DNA of 64,000 bases from Microcoleus sp. (GTDB taxonomy: Bacteria; Cyanobacteriota; Cyanobacteriia; Cyanobacteriales; Microcoleaceae), in assembly GCA_052279835.1 (NCBI GenBank), contig CP181291.1, positions 1,472,001 through 1,536,000 on the forward strand. The letters are read 5' to 3'. This document shows positions 9,494-18,793 of the stretch, in pieces. Made by a program: the position numbers and the translations under genes. Below the pieces are notes generated by a model, which ran no database searches, had not been told where the DNA came from, and saw nothing but the letters and a program-made list of their open reading frames with translations. The first letter of the stretch is position 1; each line of letters starts with the position of its first letter.

Positions 9494-11590
9494 CTAAGCG
9501 TTAATACTCAGTTCCCGCACCAAAAAAGCCCATTCATCAGCCAATTCTTCAATCACTTTCGCCGTTGGTTTACCAGCACCGTGTCCAGCCTTAGTTTCAA
9601 TGCGAATCAACACCGGTTTTTCTCCCCCGTGCATTTCTTGCAAAGCCGAAGCAAACTTGAAACTGTGAGCGGGAACAACGCGATCGTCATGATCTGCTGT
9701 AGTAATCATCGTCGCCGGATAAGCCGTGCCCGGTTTGAGATTGTGCAAGGGAGAATAGCCGTAAATTGTGGGAAATTCTGCTGCATTTTCCGGCGAACCA
9801 TATTCGGAAGTCCAAGCCCAACCAATGGTAAACTTGTGGAACCGCAACATATCCATCACACCCACAGCGGGCAATGCTGCACCGAACAACTCAGGCCGCT
9901 GAGTCATGCAGGCTCCCACCAATAAACCACCATTACTACCACCTGCGATCGCCAATTTTGCTGGCTGAGTGTATTTATTTGCGATCAACCATTCGGCCGC
10001 GCTGATAAAATCATCAAACACATTTTGTTTGTTCAACTTCGTCCCTGCTTGGTGCCATGATTCGCCGTATTCACCACCACCCCGCAAACAAGCTGTCACA
10101 TAAACCCCACCCATCTCCAACCACACAACTCTGCTAACAGAAAAACTGGGAGTTAGGGATATGCTAAAACCACCGTAGCCATAAAGATACGTGGGGTTAT
10201 TACCATCTAGCTCCAAACCTTTTTTGTGAGTGATAAACATCGGTACTTGGGTACCATCTTTGCTGGGATAAAATACTTGCTTTGTCTCGTAATCATCCGG
10301 GTTAAAATCTACCTTTGGCTGGCGGTAAATTTTGCTCTCATCTGTCAGCATATTGTAGCTGTAAATGGTATTAGGCGTGGTAAAACTGGTGTAGGCATAA
10401 AAAGTTTCAGTTTCGTGCCGCTTACCGCCAAATCCTCCGGCTGAACCAATTCCGGGCAAAGCAATTTGTCGTACAAAGGAGCCATCTAAATTAAAGACTT
10501 TAATTTGGGTGTAGGCATCTTTGAGGTAGGAAGTAACAAATTGATTGTTGAGGAGACCAATTCCTCCAAGAGTTTCGGCTGCTTCGGGGATAATTTCTGT
10601 GAACATCCCTTGACTTTGTGCGCTGCTGAGAGAGGGCGCTGGGGGGTTGTTGATGTCGATCGCAATTACGCGGCCCAGCGGTGCATTCAAATCGGTTTTA
10701 AACCAGAAAACAGAGCCATCATTATCGATTAAACTGTACTCCGCCTCAAATTCGTTGATAAGTTCTATGACAGCGGATTCTGGGGCGGTTAAATCTTTGT
10801 AAAAAATCAGATTTTGGGGGTCAGTACCGCGCCAAACTGATATAATTAAATATTTGCCGTCTTCAGTAACGCCACCACTAAATCCCCATTCTTTTTGGTC
10901 AGGGCGATCGTAAATTAACACATCTTCCGATTGAGGAGTGCCTAGCCTGTGGTAAAACAGTTTTTGGTAATAATTAACATCTTCGTGTTTGCTTTTTTCA
11001 TTAGGTTCATCGTAGCGACTATAAAAAAAGCCTTGACCATCGTGAGTCCAAGATGCGCCGGAGAATTTGAGCCACTTCAAATGGTCTGATAAATCTGCGC
11101 CAGTTTCGACATCGCGGACTTTCCACTCTTGCCAATCAGAACCGGAAGTAGACAAACCATAGGCCATAAATTTGCCATCTTCACTAATAGCCATACCACC
11201 CAAAGCAACAGTGCCATCTTCCGACAAAGTATTCGGGTCAAGTAATACTTGCGGTTCACCATCAAGGGATGTTAAAGTATAGAGAATAGATTGATTTTGT
11301 AGACCATCATTCTTGTAATAAAAATAGCGATCGCCCTCTTTAAAAGGTATGCCATATCTTTCGTAATTCCAAAGCTGAGTCAGTCGCTGCTTAATTTTTT
11401 CCCTAGCCGGAATTTCCTGGAGATAGCCAAAAGTGACTGCGTTTTGGGCTTCCACCCAAGCCTGGGTTTCCTCAGAGTCGGGATTTTCCAGCCATCTGTA
11501 GGGGTCCGATACTGGGACACCGTGGTAGTCATCAGTTTGGTCGATTTTGCGCGTTGTGGGGTAACTTAAAGGGCGATCGAATGTAGCCAT
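9494..11590 (-). CDS. Prolyl oligopeptidase (S9A)
   Basis: DPYRWLE, GGSNGG, DHDDRV, AGHG catalytic motifs. Confidence 0.95.
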   Translation of the reverse strand: MATFDRPLSYPTTRKIDQTDDYHGVPVSDPYRWLENPDSEETQAWVEAQNAVTFGYLQEIPAREKIKQRLTQLWNYERYGIPFKEGDRYFYYKNDGLQNQSILYTLTSLDGEPQVLLDPNTLSEDGTVALGGMAISEDGKFMAYGLSTSGSDWQEWKVRDVETGADLSDHLKWLKFSGASWTHDGQGFFYSRYDEPNEKSKHEDVNYYQKLFYHRLGTPQSEDVLIYDRPDQKEWGFSGGVTEDGKYLIISVWRGTDPQNLIFYKDLTAPESAVIELINEFEAEYSLIDNDGSVFWFKTDLNAPLGRVIAIDINNPPAPSLSSAQSQGMFTEIIPEAAETLGGIGLLNNQFVTSYLKDAYTQIKVFNLDGSFVRQIALPGIGSAGGFGGKRHETETFYAYTSFTTPNTIYSYNMLTDESKIYRQPKVDFNPDDYETKQVFYPSKDGTQVPMFITHKKGLELDGNNPTYLYGYGGFSISLTPSFSVSRVVWLEMGGVYVTACLRGGGEYGESWHQAGTKLNKQNVFDDFISAAEWLIANKYTQPAKLAIAGGSNGGLLVGACMTQRPELFGAALPAVGVMDMLRFHKFTIGWAWTSEYGSPENAAEFPTIYGYSPLHNLKPGTAYPATMITTADHDDRVVPAHSFKFASALQEMHGGEKPVLIRIETKAGHGAGKPTAKVIEELADEWAFLVRELSINA

Positions 11591-11711
11591 GATTTTTTAC
11601 TTTTGGTAACTTTGCTTAGTTTAACTTTGAATTTGACCAATTATAAACTCTTCTCTTTCTGCCTTCGTGTCCTTCGCGTCTTCGCGGTTCGTTTCTCTTA
11701 CCCATATTCAA

Positions 11712-12305
11712 CTAATCAAACTCCCTCCTTCCCTCCAAAGCGCGGGCCAAAGTCACCTCATCAGCATACTCCAAATCTCCCCCCATCGGCAAACCAAAAG
11801 CAATGCGAGTCACCCGTGTAAAAGGCTTCAATAAACGGCCAATATAAAGCGTAGTCGTCTCACCTTCCACACTCGGACTAATCGCAATAATTACCTCTTC
11901 AATCTTTTGTTGACTAACGCGCCTGACTAATGGTTGAATATTCAATTGTTCCGGACCAATTCCATCCATGGGCGAGATGACACCGCCGATAACATGATAT
12001 TTACCTCCGTATTCCCGTGTTTTTTCCAACGCAATCACATCGCGGGATTCAGAGACTACGCAAATGGTAGAATTGTCACGGTTGGGATTGTGACAAATTT
12101 CGCAAACAGGTTCAGCAGATAAGTGAAAGCACACTTGACAAAATCCTACCTGCTGTTTGGCATCAATTAAGGATTGAGCCAGGGTTTGCACTTCTTCATA
12201 GGGTCGTTTGAGAATATGTAATGCGAGTCTCTGGGCACTTTTTGGACCGATTCCTGGCAAGCGCTGCAATTGTTCGATCAAGCGGGCTAAGGGTCTAGTA
12301 TACAT
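11712..12305 (-). CDS. recR: Recombination protein RecR
   Basis: [13 protein letters not shown]hH, C4 zinc finger, Toprim [14 protein letters not shown]. Confidence 0.97.
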   Translation of the reverse strand: MYTRPLARLIEQLQRLPGIGPKSAQRLALHILKRPYEEVQTLAQSLIDAKQQVGFCQVCFHLSAEPVCEICHNPNRDNSTICVVSESRDVIALEKTREYGGKYHVIGGVISPMDGIGPEQLNIQPLVRRVSQQKIEEVIIAISPSVEGETTTLYIGRLLKPFTRVTRIAFGLPMGGDLEYADEVTLARALEGRREFD

Positions 12306-12368
12306 TAAACTCGGCGGTAATTTGTAAGATCATTTCCGGTGGATTGGTTCTTGTATAATTTGCGCAAT

Positions 12369-12436
12369 GTAGGGGCGGGTTTTACCAACAATCTCTGTTG
12401 ACAACTAATTATCTCATAAATCCGCCCCGCCCCTAC
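12369..12436. repeat. GTAGGGGCGGG REP-like inverted pair
   Basis: GTAGGGGCGGGTTT ... CCGCCCCTAC; same family at 17321-17384 and 17393-17456. Confidence 0.7.
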
Positions 12437-12440
12437 TAAT

Positions 12441-12809
12441 TTACCCTCCACTAATTTTAGCTTTATAGCCTAATTTTGTGATAATTTCGAGCAGTTTTTG
12501 CTTGTGTTCGCCTTGAATTTCGATTTCACGATCTTTGACAGTGCCGCCAGTGCCGCACTGGGCTTTTAGCTGCTTTGCTAAATCTGCTAAGGTTTCGGGT
12601 TTTGCTTGAAATCCGCTGATGACTGTTACTGTTTTGCCGCCTCGTCCTTTTCGGGATGCTTCGATTTTGAGGTTTTGTTGATTTGGGGGGATTTCTTGTA
12701 TGCCTCGTTGGAGGGCTGCGGAGTTGTCTATATTGCCAAATTCGGAGTAAACTATTCGTTTACCGTCGGTCGTTTGGCTGTCATATTTTTTGCGTTTGGA
12801 TGCTGCCAT
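12441..12809 (-). CDS. SUI1/YciH-family translation factor
   Basis: RKGRGGKTVTVISG..LKAQCGTGGTVKD..IEIQG..GG. Confidence 0.93.
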   Translation of the reverse strand: MAASKRKKYDSQTTDGKRIVYSEFGNIDNSAALQRGIQEIPPNQQNLKIEASRKGRGGKTVTVISGFQAKPETLADLAKQLKAQCGTGGTVKDREIEIQGEHKQKLLEIITKLGYKAKISGG

Positions 12810-12895
12810 ATGTTATAATGAATGAAGTTTTTTACGGTTATTTCTAGTTTTAAGGGATTGGTGTAAGGTTGCGATCGCTCGTTTAGATTTTGATA

Positions 12896-13708
12896 TTATC
12901 GATCGCTTGTGAGTGTTGCGGGTAAAGGCGATCGCTCTTGAATCGGATAGCGACCTTGGGCGATCTTTTGTGTTAACGTTAAACTGCGATCGCCTGGTGC
13001 TGGATGAGTCGATAACAAAGCAATATCTAAACCAGATTGTCGCGCTAATCGCTGGAAAAAGTCTGCTGCGCCTGCCGCGTGCCCGTAATGAGCAACCAAG
13101 AGTTGTAAGCCAAATTCATCGGCTTGGGCTTCCTGACTGCGCGAAAATTGGGCTTTGCTTAAATGGGAAGCGATCGCCGTGGCAACATTCACCAACCCAC
13201 CTCCATCGCCTGCAAACACCGCTACCACAAATTGTAGCGCCAATCCCCGTCCAATTCCCCGCAAATGATCGCGATGGGCGAAATGACCCAACTCATGACC
13301 TAAGATCATCATCAACTCGTTTTCCGATTCCAATTGCTGTATTAAACCCCGATAAACAACAATTGTATCTCCAGGTAAGGCTAGCGCGTTTACAGTATCA
13401 TCGGGAATGTAAATTAGGCGATAATTGCGATCGATATTTTTTTGTTTAGGTAGTTTAGTTTCCAGGCGATCGAGAAGTTGATTGAGGGTATCTTGTGCTG
13501 GAGAAGATTGGGCAAGACGTTCGTAAGCTGGGATAACTAACGCCCCCAAACGCTGTTCGAGTTCGGGGGGAATTAATAAAATCAGCCCATCTACCAGTTT
13601 GATACTTCCCCAAATCAATAAACATCCTAATGCTAAAAAAATTCCTAATAAGGTTAGCAGTTGCCTATTACTTGTGGGTGGATTGCGATCGGTCATAATT
13701 TTTTTCAA
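12896..13708 (-). CDS. M48-family metallopeptidase
   Basis: NALALPG, HELGH zinc motif, SRSQEAQAD, STHP; N-terminal TM segment. Confidence 0.92.
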   Translation of the reverse strand: MKKIMTDRNPPTSNRQLLTLLGIFLALGCLLIWGSIKLVDGLILLIPPELEQRLGALVIPAYERLAQSSPAQDTLNQLLDRLETKLPKQKNIDRNYRLIYIPDDTVNALALPGDTIVVYRGLIQQLESENELMMILGHELGHFAHRDHLRGIGRGLALQFVVAVFAGDGGGLVNVATAIASHLSKAQFSRSQEAQADEFGLQLLVAHYGHAAGAADFFQRLARQSGLDIALLSTHPAPGDRSLTLTQKIAQGRYPIQERSPLPATLTSDR

Positions 13709-13771
13709 TTATTGTATGATGGTAAAATGCGTTGCGATCGTTTAACGCATCCTACAAGTTATATAACCGAA

Positions 13772-14467
13772 CTAATTGTTCTTTGTCGGTCGGAAGGGAT
13801 TTAAAAAATTAATCAGAGGAAACAGGTTGCGAGACTGTATCCACAGTTTCCCCTCTCCACTGAAGCGACAAACTAAGCCTTCTCCACCTAAAATTCCCGT
13901 TCTCAAGTTTTTCCAGGATAGTCCGCCCATGACTTCAACATTATACTTCAGCGTATCCTCAAAGGCGACGATATAACCGGTGTCTACGATATAACTTCCC
14001 TTGACTGGAATTTCCAGGATTGCGCCATAGGAATTAAACCAGATATCGCCTTGTCCAGTTGCTTTCAGAAAAAACAATGATTCGCCGCTAAAGAAACCTT
14101 TTAATCCCTGAAATTTAGTATCAAGTTCTACCGTAGAACTCGATGCCACAAAAGCAGAAGATTGCAGCATCAAACTATTTCCATTGAGGTGATAATGTTG
14201 AATATCCCCGGGAACTCCAGGGGAAACGTAAAGTGTTCCAGGACGTTCGGGTGCAGTAAATTCGCTGATAAACAAAGACTCACCTGCTAACATTCGCGTG
14301 AGGCCTTTCATTAAACCTCCTTTGACTTTTGATTTCAGGGTGATGTGACTATCCATCGCTGCCATGCCCGAAGATTCTACCAAGACCGTTTTGTTGGCAG
14401 GAATTTTGAGTTGTAGTTGGGCATAGGATGGAGAATGTTCGATTGTATATGAGATCTTGCTAGGCAT
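13772..14467 (-). CDS. TIGR00266/AIM24-family protein (copy 3)
   Basis: ESSGMAAM, GESLF, VDTGYIVAFE, GGEGLVCRF; start MPSKISY lies downstream of an STRR tract. Confidence 0.88.
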   Translation of the reverse strand: MPSKISYTIEHSPSYAQLQLKIPANKTVLVESSGMAAMDSHITLKSKVKGGLMKGLTRMLAGESLFISEFTAPERPGTLYVSPGVPGDIQHYHLNGNSLMLQSSAFVASSSTVELDTKFQGLKGFFSGESLFFLKATGQGDIWFNSYGAILEIPVKGSYIVDTGYIVAFEDTLKYNVEVMGGLSWKNLRTGILGGEGLVCRFSGEGKLWIQSRNLFPLINFLNPFRPTKNN

Positions 14468-14640
14468 ATAAAGTTGATAGTTTACAGTGGGCAGTGGGCA
14501 GTGGGCAGTTGGCAGTTGATAGCTCAATAACGTTCAGTTAGAATTGTCCTAGCGAGGAAGGCTATACATGAATGCGATGTTTTATGAAAGAAATTTCCGT
14601 TTCTATTTTGCATATCGCTGTCTCCCAGCCTCCATTCTTG

Positions 14641-15321
14641 CTACCTGGGAGGTAAACGACTGCCGACGGCTTGACCGAATGCTGTGGTATTGTGGGTTTG
14701 GCAGAACAGGCGACCCTTACCTTTAAATCGACAAACTAAACCTTCTCCACCGAGAAATGCACTCAACCAACTACTTCCTGGAGGTTTAGTAATTTCAAAC
14801 TTTAAACTTTTCTCAAAGGCAACAATATGACCTGTATCAACAATGTATTCTCCTTTGACTGGAACTTCGTAAATTGCGCCGAAGGAACTTAATAGTACGT
14901 CTCCTTGACCCCCCATATCTAGCCAGAAGATACTTTCTCCAGAAAACATCGATTTGAAGCCTTGAAAACCCAAGTCAATATTGACATCTGATGTGCTAGC
15001 TAAATAAGAACCTGCTTGTACTACTAAGCCACTTTTGCCCATTTGATAGTGCAGCATATCGCCCAACATTTTGGGCGCTAAAAACAATGTATTTTCGGGT
15101 GTTGGCGATCGAAAGACACTTAAAAATAGTGACTCTCCCGCAATCATTCGTTTGAGTCCGCCGAGAATACCGCCACCTTTGCCTTGGCGCAATGTCGTAC
15201 TTGCTTGTAGATTGCCACTCATTGCCACCATTGCACCTGCCTCGGCAACGATTTCTTCACCTGCATTTAGAGTGATACGGGCGATCGTGCTGTCGGGTTG
15301 TTGTAAAAGTTCAATTTTCAT
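14641..15321 (-). CDS. TIGR00266/AIM24-family protein (copy 2)
   Basis: AEAGAMVAM, GESLF, VDTGHIVAFE, GGEGLVCRFKG. Confidence 0.88.
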   Translation of the reverse strand: MKIELLQQPDSTIARITLNAGEEIVAEAGAMVAMSGNLQASTTLRQGKGGGILGGLKRMIAGESLFLSVFRSPTPENTLFLAPKMLGDMLHYQMGKSGLVVQAGSYLASTSDVNIDLGFQGFKSMFSGESIFWLDMGGQGDVLLSSFGAIYEVPVKGEYIVDTGHIVAFEKSLKFEITKPPGSSWLSAFLGGEGLVCRFKGKGRLFCQTHNTTAFGQAVGSRLPPR

Positions 15322-15357
15322 ATTCGGTAGTAGGTAATAGATATATTCGCTCGCAAC

Positions 15358-16017
15358 TCAAACTTTACTTGATAAAAATTGCACCAAACCATCGATACTT
15401 CTGGATTGCAAGTAAATCGTTCCCTTGCCCGTCACTTTATTCACAAACCCTTCCCCGGATGTAATCGAACCTAATAATCCGCCTGCCATTTTTACCGACA
15501 TTTTCATTCCCGATTCGTAAGCTACTAAATGCCCTGTATCGACAATGAAGTCTCCATTAATTTTCTTGCTAGTCAAACCACCATAGGCACCAAAAAATAC
15601 TGTTCCCTGTCCGCTGGCTTGCAATTTAAATAAACCTTCTCCCGAAAACCAACTTGCCAATCCAGCCCAGCGCACGCCTAATTTGATATCGGGGGTACTA
15701 GCAATATAAGCACCGGGTTGAAAGCACAGGTTATTTTCGTAGACTTGAGCTTCAGCAATATCTCCGATTGTCGATTGAGAAAGAACGACTTGGAGAGACT
15801 GCCGTGTTGGATTAGTAAATCGATTGACGAACAGCGATTCACCACCAAAAAACTTTTTCAATAGACCTGACAAAAAACCTCCATTAAATTCTGTTTTCAT
15901 CGTGAGTGCTGCATCCATTGCTATCATCGCTCCTGATTCAGCAATAATGCTTTCTCCAGGTTCAAGAGTCAGAAAAATTGTGGCAAAGGAAGGTTTATAA
16001 CGAATATCGATATCCAC
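15358..16017 (-). CDS. TIGR00266/AIM24-family protein (copy 1)
   Basis: AESGAMIAM, GGESLF, VDTGHLVAYE, SGEGFV..G.G.IYLQSR. Confidence 0.88.
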   Translation of the reverse strand: MDIDIRYKPSFATIFLTLEPGESIIAESGAMIAMDAALTMKTEFNGGFLSGLLKKFFGGESLFVNRFTNPTRQSLQVVLSQSTIGDIAEAQVYENNLCFQPGAYIASTPDIKLGVRWAGLASWFSGEGLFKLQASGQGTVFFGAYGGLTSKKINGDFIVDTGHLVAYESGMKMSVKMAGGLLGSITSGEGFVNKVTGKGTIYLQSRSIDGLVQFLSSKV

Positions 16018-16181
16018 GATTTTGGTTTCCTGTTTGGTAACAATAAGTGAAACAAGTGAGATGTGCTAAGAGTAAAATTGTAGGTCTCTGCTTTGATTTT
16101 ACTATGATTGACTGAGCCAACTGTTGCGTTCTTCAATAAATTTAACATATCACATAAATGTGAAGGAGTATTCGACTGACT

Positions 16182-16562
16182 ATGAAACAACTGAAAATGC
16201 CTACCAGCGATAGCTACTACGAGTACCTAATTGAATCTCTGAAAGATGCGGAACACGCTGGTGATTTTATCGGGGCTATCTTGGAAGAGAAAGATGCTGA
16301 ACCTGAATTGCTCAGAAATGTAATTAGAAAGGTAATTGAGGCTCGAAGCAGGATGAATGCTCTTTCGGATTCGGCTAAAGAGTATCATGAAAGACTTGAC
16401 AAAATGTTAACAGTAAGTTCTGGTTCGGAAATTTACTGTTTTGTAGAGTTGCTGGAAGCGTTGGGGTTTAAATTAGGAATTACTGTGGAAGATGGTGAGT
16501 TGTCTGCTGAATGTACTGCTAATCGCCCTATTATTGTAGGAATTGGCGATCGACTGTGGTAA
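16182..16562 (+). CDS. Addiction-module antitoxin-like protein (copy A)
   Basis: SDSY.EYLIESLKD..FIGAILEE..LLEALGFKL; paralog of 16883..17266. Confidence 0.7.
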   Translation: MKQLKMPTSDSYYEYLIESLKDAEHAGDFIGAILEEKDAEPELLRNVIRKVIEARSRMNALSDSAKEYHERLDKMLTVSSGSEIYCFVELLEALGFKLGITVEDGELSAECTANRPIIVGIGDRLW

Positions 16563-16566
16563 AATT

Positions 16567-16905
16567 ATGGAAGTACAGCCCAGGGAAATTCGACGTTACA
16601 CTACAGCAGAGGGTAGAGCGCCATTTACTGAGTGGCTTGATTCCCTGCGCGATCGGAATGTTAGAGTTAGAATTAAGTCTAGGCTTGACCGAGTTGAGCA
16701 AGGTAATCTCGGAGATTTTAAGTCGGTGGGAGAAGGAGTTTTTGAACTCAGAATTAATTATGGCCCAGGCTACCGCGTCTACTTCGGACAAGTTGGTTTG
16801 ACAATTGTGGTAATCCTCATAGCTGGGGATAAAAGCACCCAAGCACAAAATATTCAACAAGCTATAGAATACTGGAAAGATTATGAACAATGTGAAAATG
16901 TCTAG
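16567..16905 (+). CDS. Type II toxin, RelE/ParE superfamily (addiction module killer type)
   Basis: PFTEWLDSLRD..RLDRVEQGNLGDFKSVGEGVFELRINYGPGYRVYF..GDKSTQ. Confidence 0.92.
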   Translation: MEVQPREIRRYTTAEGRAPFTEWLDSLRDRNVRVRIKSRLDRVEQGNLGDFKSVGEGVFELRINYGPGYRVYFGQVGLTIVVILIAGDKSTQAQNIQQAIEYWKDYEQCENV

Positions 16906-17266
16906 GAGTGATAGCTACCGCGAGTACCTGATTGAATCTCTGAAAGAGCCGGAAGAATCTGCTGGGTATCTTGAGGCTATATTGGAAGAGAAAGATGCTG
17001 AACCTGAATTGCTCAGAAATGCAATTAGAAAGGTGATTGAGGCTCGAATCAGGATGAATGCTTTTTCGGATGCGGCTAAGCAGTATCATGAAAGGCTTGA
17101 TAAAATGTTAACAGCAAGTTCAGGTTCGGAAATTTACTGTTTTGTAGAGTTGCTTGAAGCCTTGGGGTTTAAATTAGGAATTACTGTCGAAGATGGTGAG
17201 TTGGGCGCTGAGTCGGAATCGATGATTGAGGAATCAAATTTATCGCGGGAAACAGCTAATTTATAG
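16883..17266 (+). CDS. Addiction-module antitoxin-like protein (copy B)
   Basis: Overlaps the toxin stop; YREYLIESLKEPEESAGYLEAILEE. Confidence 0.75.
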   Translation: MNNVKMSRSDSYREYLIESLKEPEESAGYLEAILEEKDAEPELLRNAIRKVIEARIRMNAFSDAAKQYHERLDKMLTASSGSEIYCFVELLEALGFKLGITVEDGELGAESESMIEESNLSRETANL

Positions 17267-17320
17267 CTGATTGTAGCTTTTTATAGATCGCACATGAGGT
17301 TAATCTAGATTATCGGTTGT

Positions 17321-17456
17321 GTGGGGGCGGGTTTATCTAAATTGTTTGTTGGTATTAAATATTATTCGTAAAACCCGCCCCTACAGGTCATCGTAGGGGC
17401 GGGTTTTACAAATAATCTACGTCGGAAACCAAAAATATAATAAACCCGCCCCCGCC
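17321..17456. repeat. Two tandem REP-like inverted pairs
   Basis: GGGGCGGGTTT ... AAACCCGCCCC occurs twice. Confidence 0.7.
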
Positions 17457-17506
17457 CAAGGACAAAATTGCTTTGGATTAGCAAGAACAGAATTTATAAT
17501 TGTTAA

Positions 17507-18543
17507 GTTTCCATTCAATTAGTTTCCCCAGCGAGTGGGGACACTTTGATGTGGTGTAGTTTGACTAAATCTTGGCAGTTAAAAAGCAGACGTTTCCATT
17601 CAATTAGTTTCCCCAGCGAGTGGGGACACTAATCGAGAAAACACCTGAATAATTTGGAGAAATGCATCATGGTTTCCATTCAATTAGTTTCCCCAGCGAG
17701 TGGGGACAAGTTAAGAACAAGATTCTAGGCACTCTTGATACAACGCCGGAGTTTCCATTCAATTAGTTTCCCCAGCGAGTGGGGACTTATCCCGACATTC
17801 CCCTGGCGACTTGGAGGTTTTGGCGTTTCCATTCAATTAGTTTCCCCAGCGAGTGGGGACGGAATGCCCGGTGATGCTAATGAGTACGCGATCGCCCAGT
17901 TTCCATTCAATTAGTTTCCCCAGCGAGTGGGGACGTTAGATGATAATGGGGATGAGTTTATTGGGTATGGCGACAGAAGTTTCCATTCAATTAGTTTCCC
18001 CAGCGAGTGGGGACTTACGGAGTTACCATGAATTCTAACCAAGTTTTGACCCTTGAAAAGTTTCCATTCAATTAGTTTCCCCAGCGAGTGGGGACTAAAG
18101 GTCAGTAGAAATATCTAAGAGAGTAGTTTTACGATGTTTCCATTCAATTAGTTTCCCCAGCGAGTGGGGACGGCACAAAATGTAAGCATCTAACAACATC
18201 GTGGCACTGTTTTTGCGAGTTTCCATTCAATTAGTTTCCCCAGCGAGTGGGGACACCTCGGGGAAGAACTCACGGCGCAGCGTGAGCCGTTTCCATTCAA
18301 TTAGTTTCCCCAGCGAGTGGGGACTCCACACAAATTCCTTACAAGCAAGTCCCGTGTTGATTAGTTTCCATTCAATTAGTTTCCCCAGCGAGTGGGGACA
18401 ACTTGCTTTCAATGCTTGGATTTACAATGTTTCAGTTTCCATTCAATTAGTTTCCCCAGCGAGTGGGGACATCTATGAAATCGTTCAAGGTTTAAAAAGA
18501 TTGCAACGTTTCCATTCAATTAGTTTCCCCAGCGAGTGGGGAC
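17507..18543 (-). CRISPR. CRISPR array: 14 identical 36-nt repeats, 13 spacers of 34-49 nt; type III-like; no cas genes in window
   Basis: Repeat on + is GTTTCCATTCAATTAGTTTCCCCAGCGAGTGGGGAC (minus strand ends GGAAAC, with CCCCA/TGGGG hairpin); starts at 17507, 17592, 17672, 17751, 17825, 17899, 17979, 18060, 18136, 18219, 18289, 18364, 18435, 18508. Confidence 0.98.
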
Positions 18544-18760
18544 CCCTCGATTATAAACCCCATACAGCGCAATGTGTCCAGAGGCCGTTTGCGAAGGATA
18601 GCAAATTTGTACCTCCAAACAAGCTCTCATCCACAGAAAAAATCGCTGAAACCCTTACAGGGCAATATATCGAAGGATAAAACCAACTTCCGCCATCCCA
18701 GCGATTTTGTGCAGCCCTCGCAAAATTACCCGATCGCCCACAACCCCATCGACTCGATAT
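18544..18760 (-). promoter_or_regulatory. Probable CRISPR leader
   Basis: Non-coding stretch between the array and the divergent trpB, on the side implied by the GAAAC-3' repeat orientation. Confidence 0.55.
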
Positions 18761-18793
18761 AATAAAATCTGTCCCATTATCCCCACAAAGTCC

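Noticed and set aside
18201..18680. 159-aa and 61-aa ORFs over the array
   Set aside because: Translations of CRISPR repeats and spacers
18707..18793. N-terminal extension of TrpB
   Set aside because: Lies in the leader/promoter region; GTG at 18794 gives a typical N-terminus
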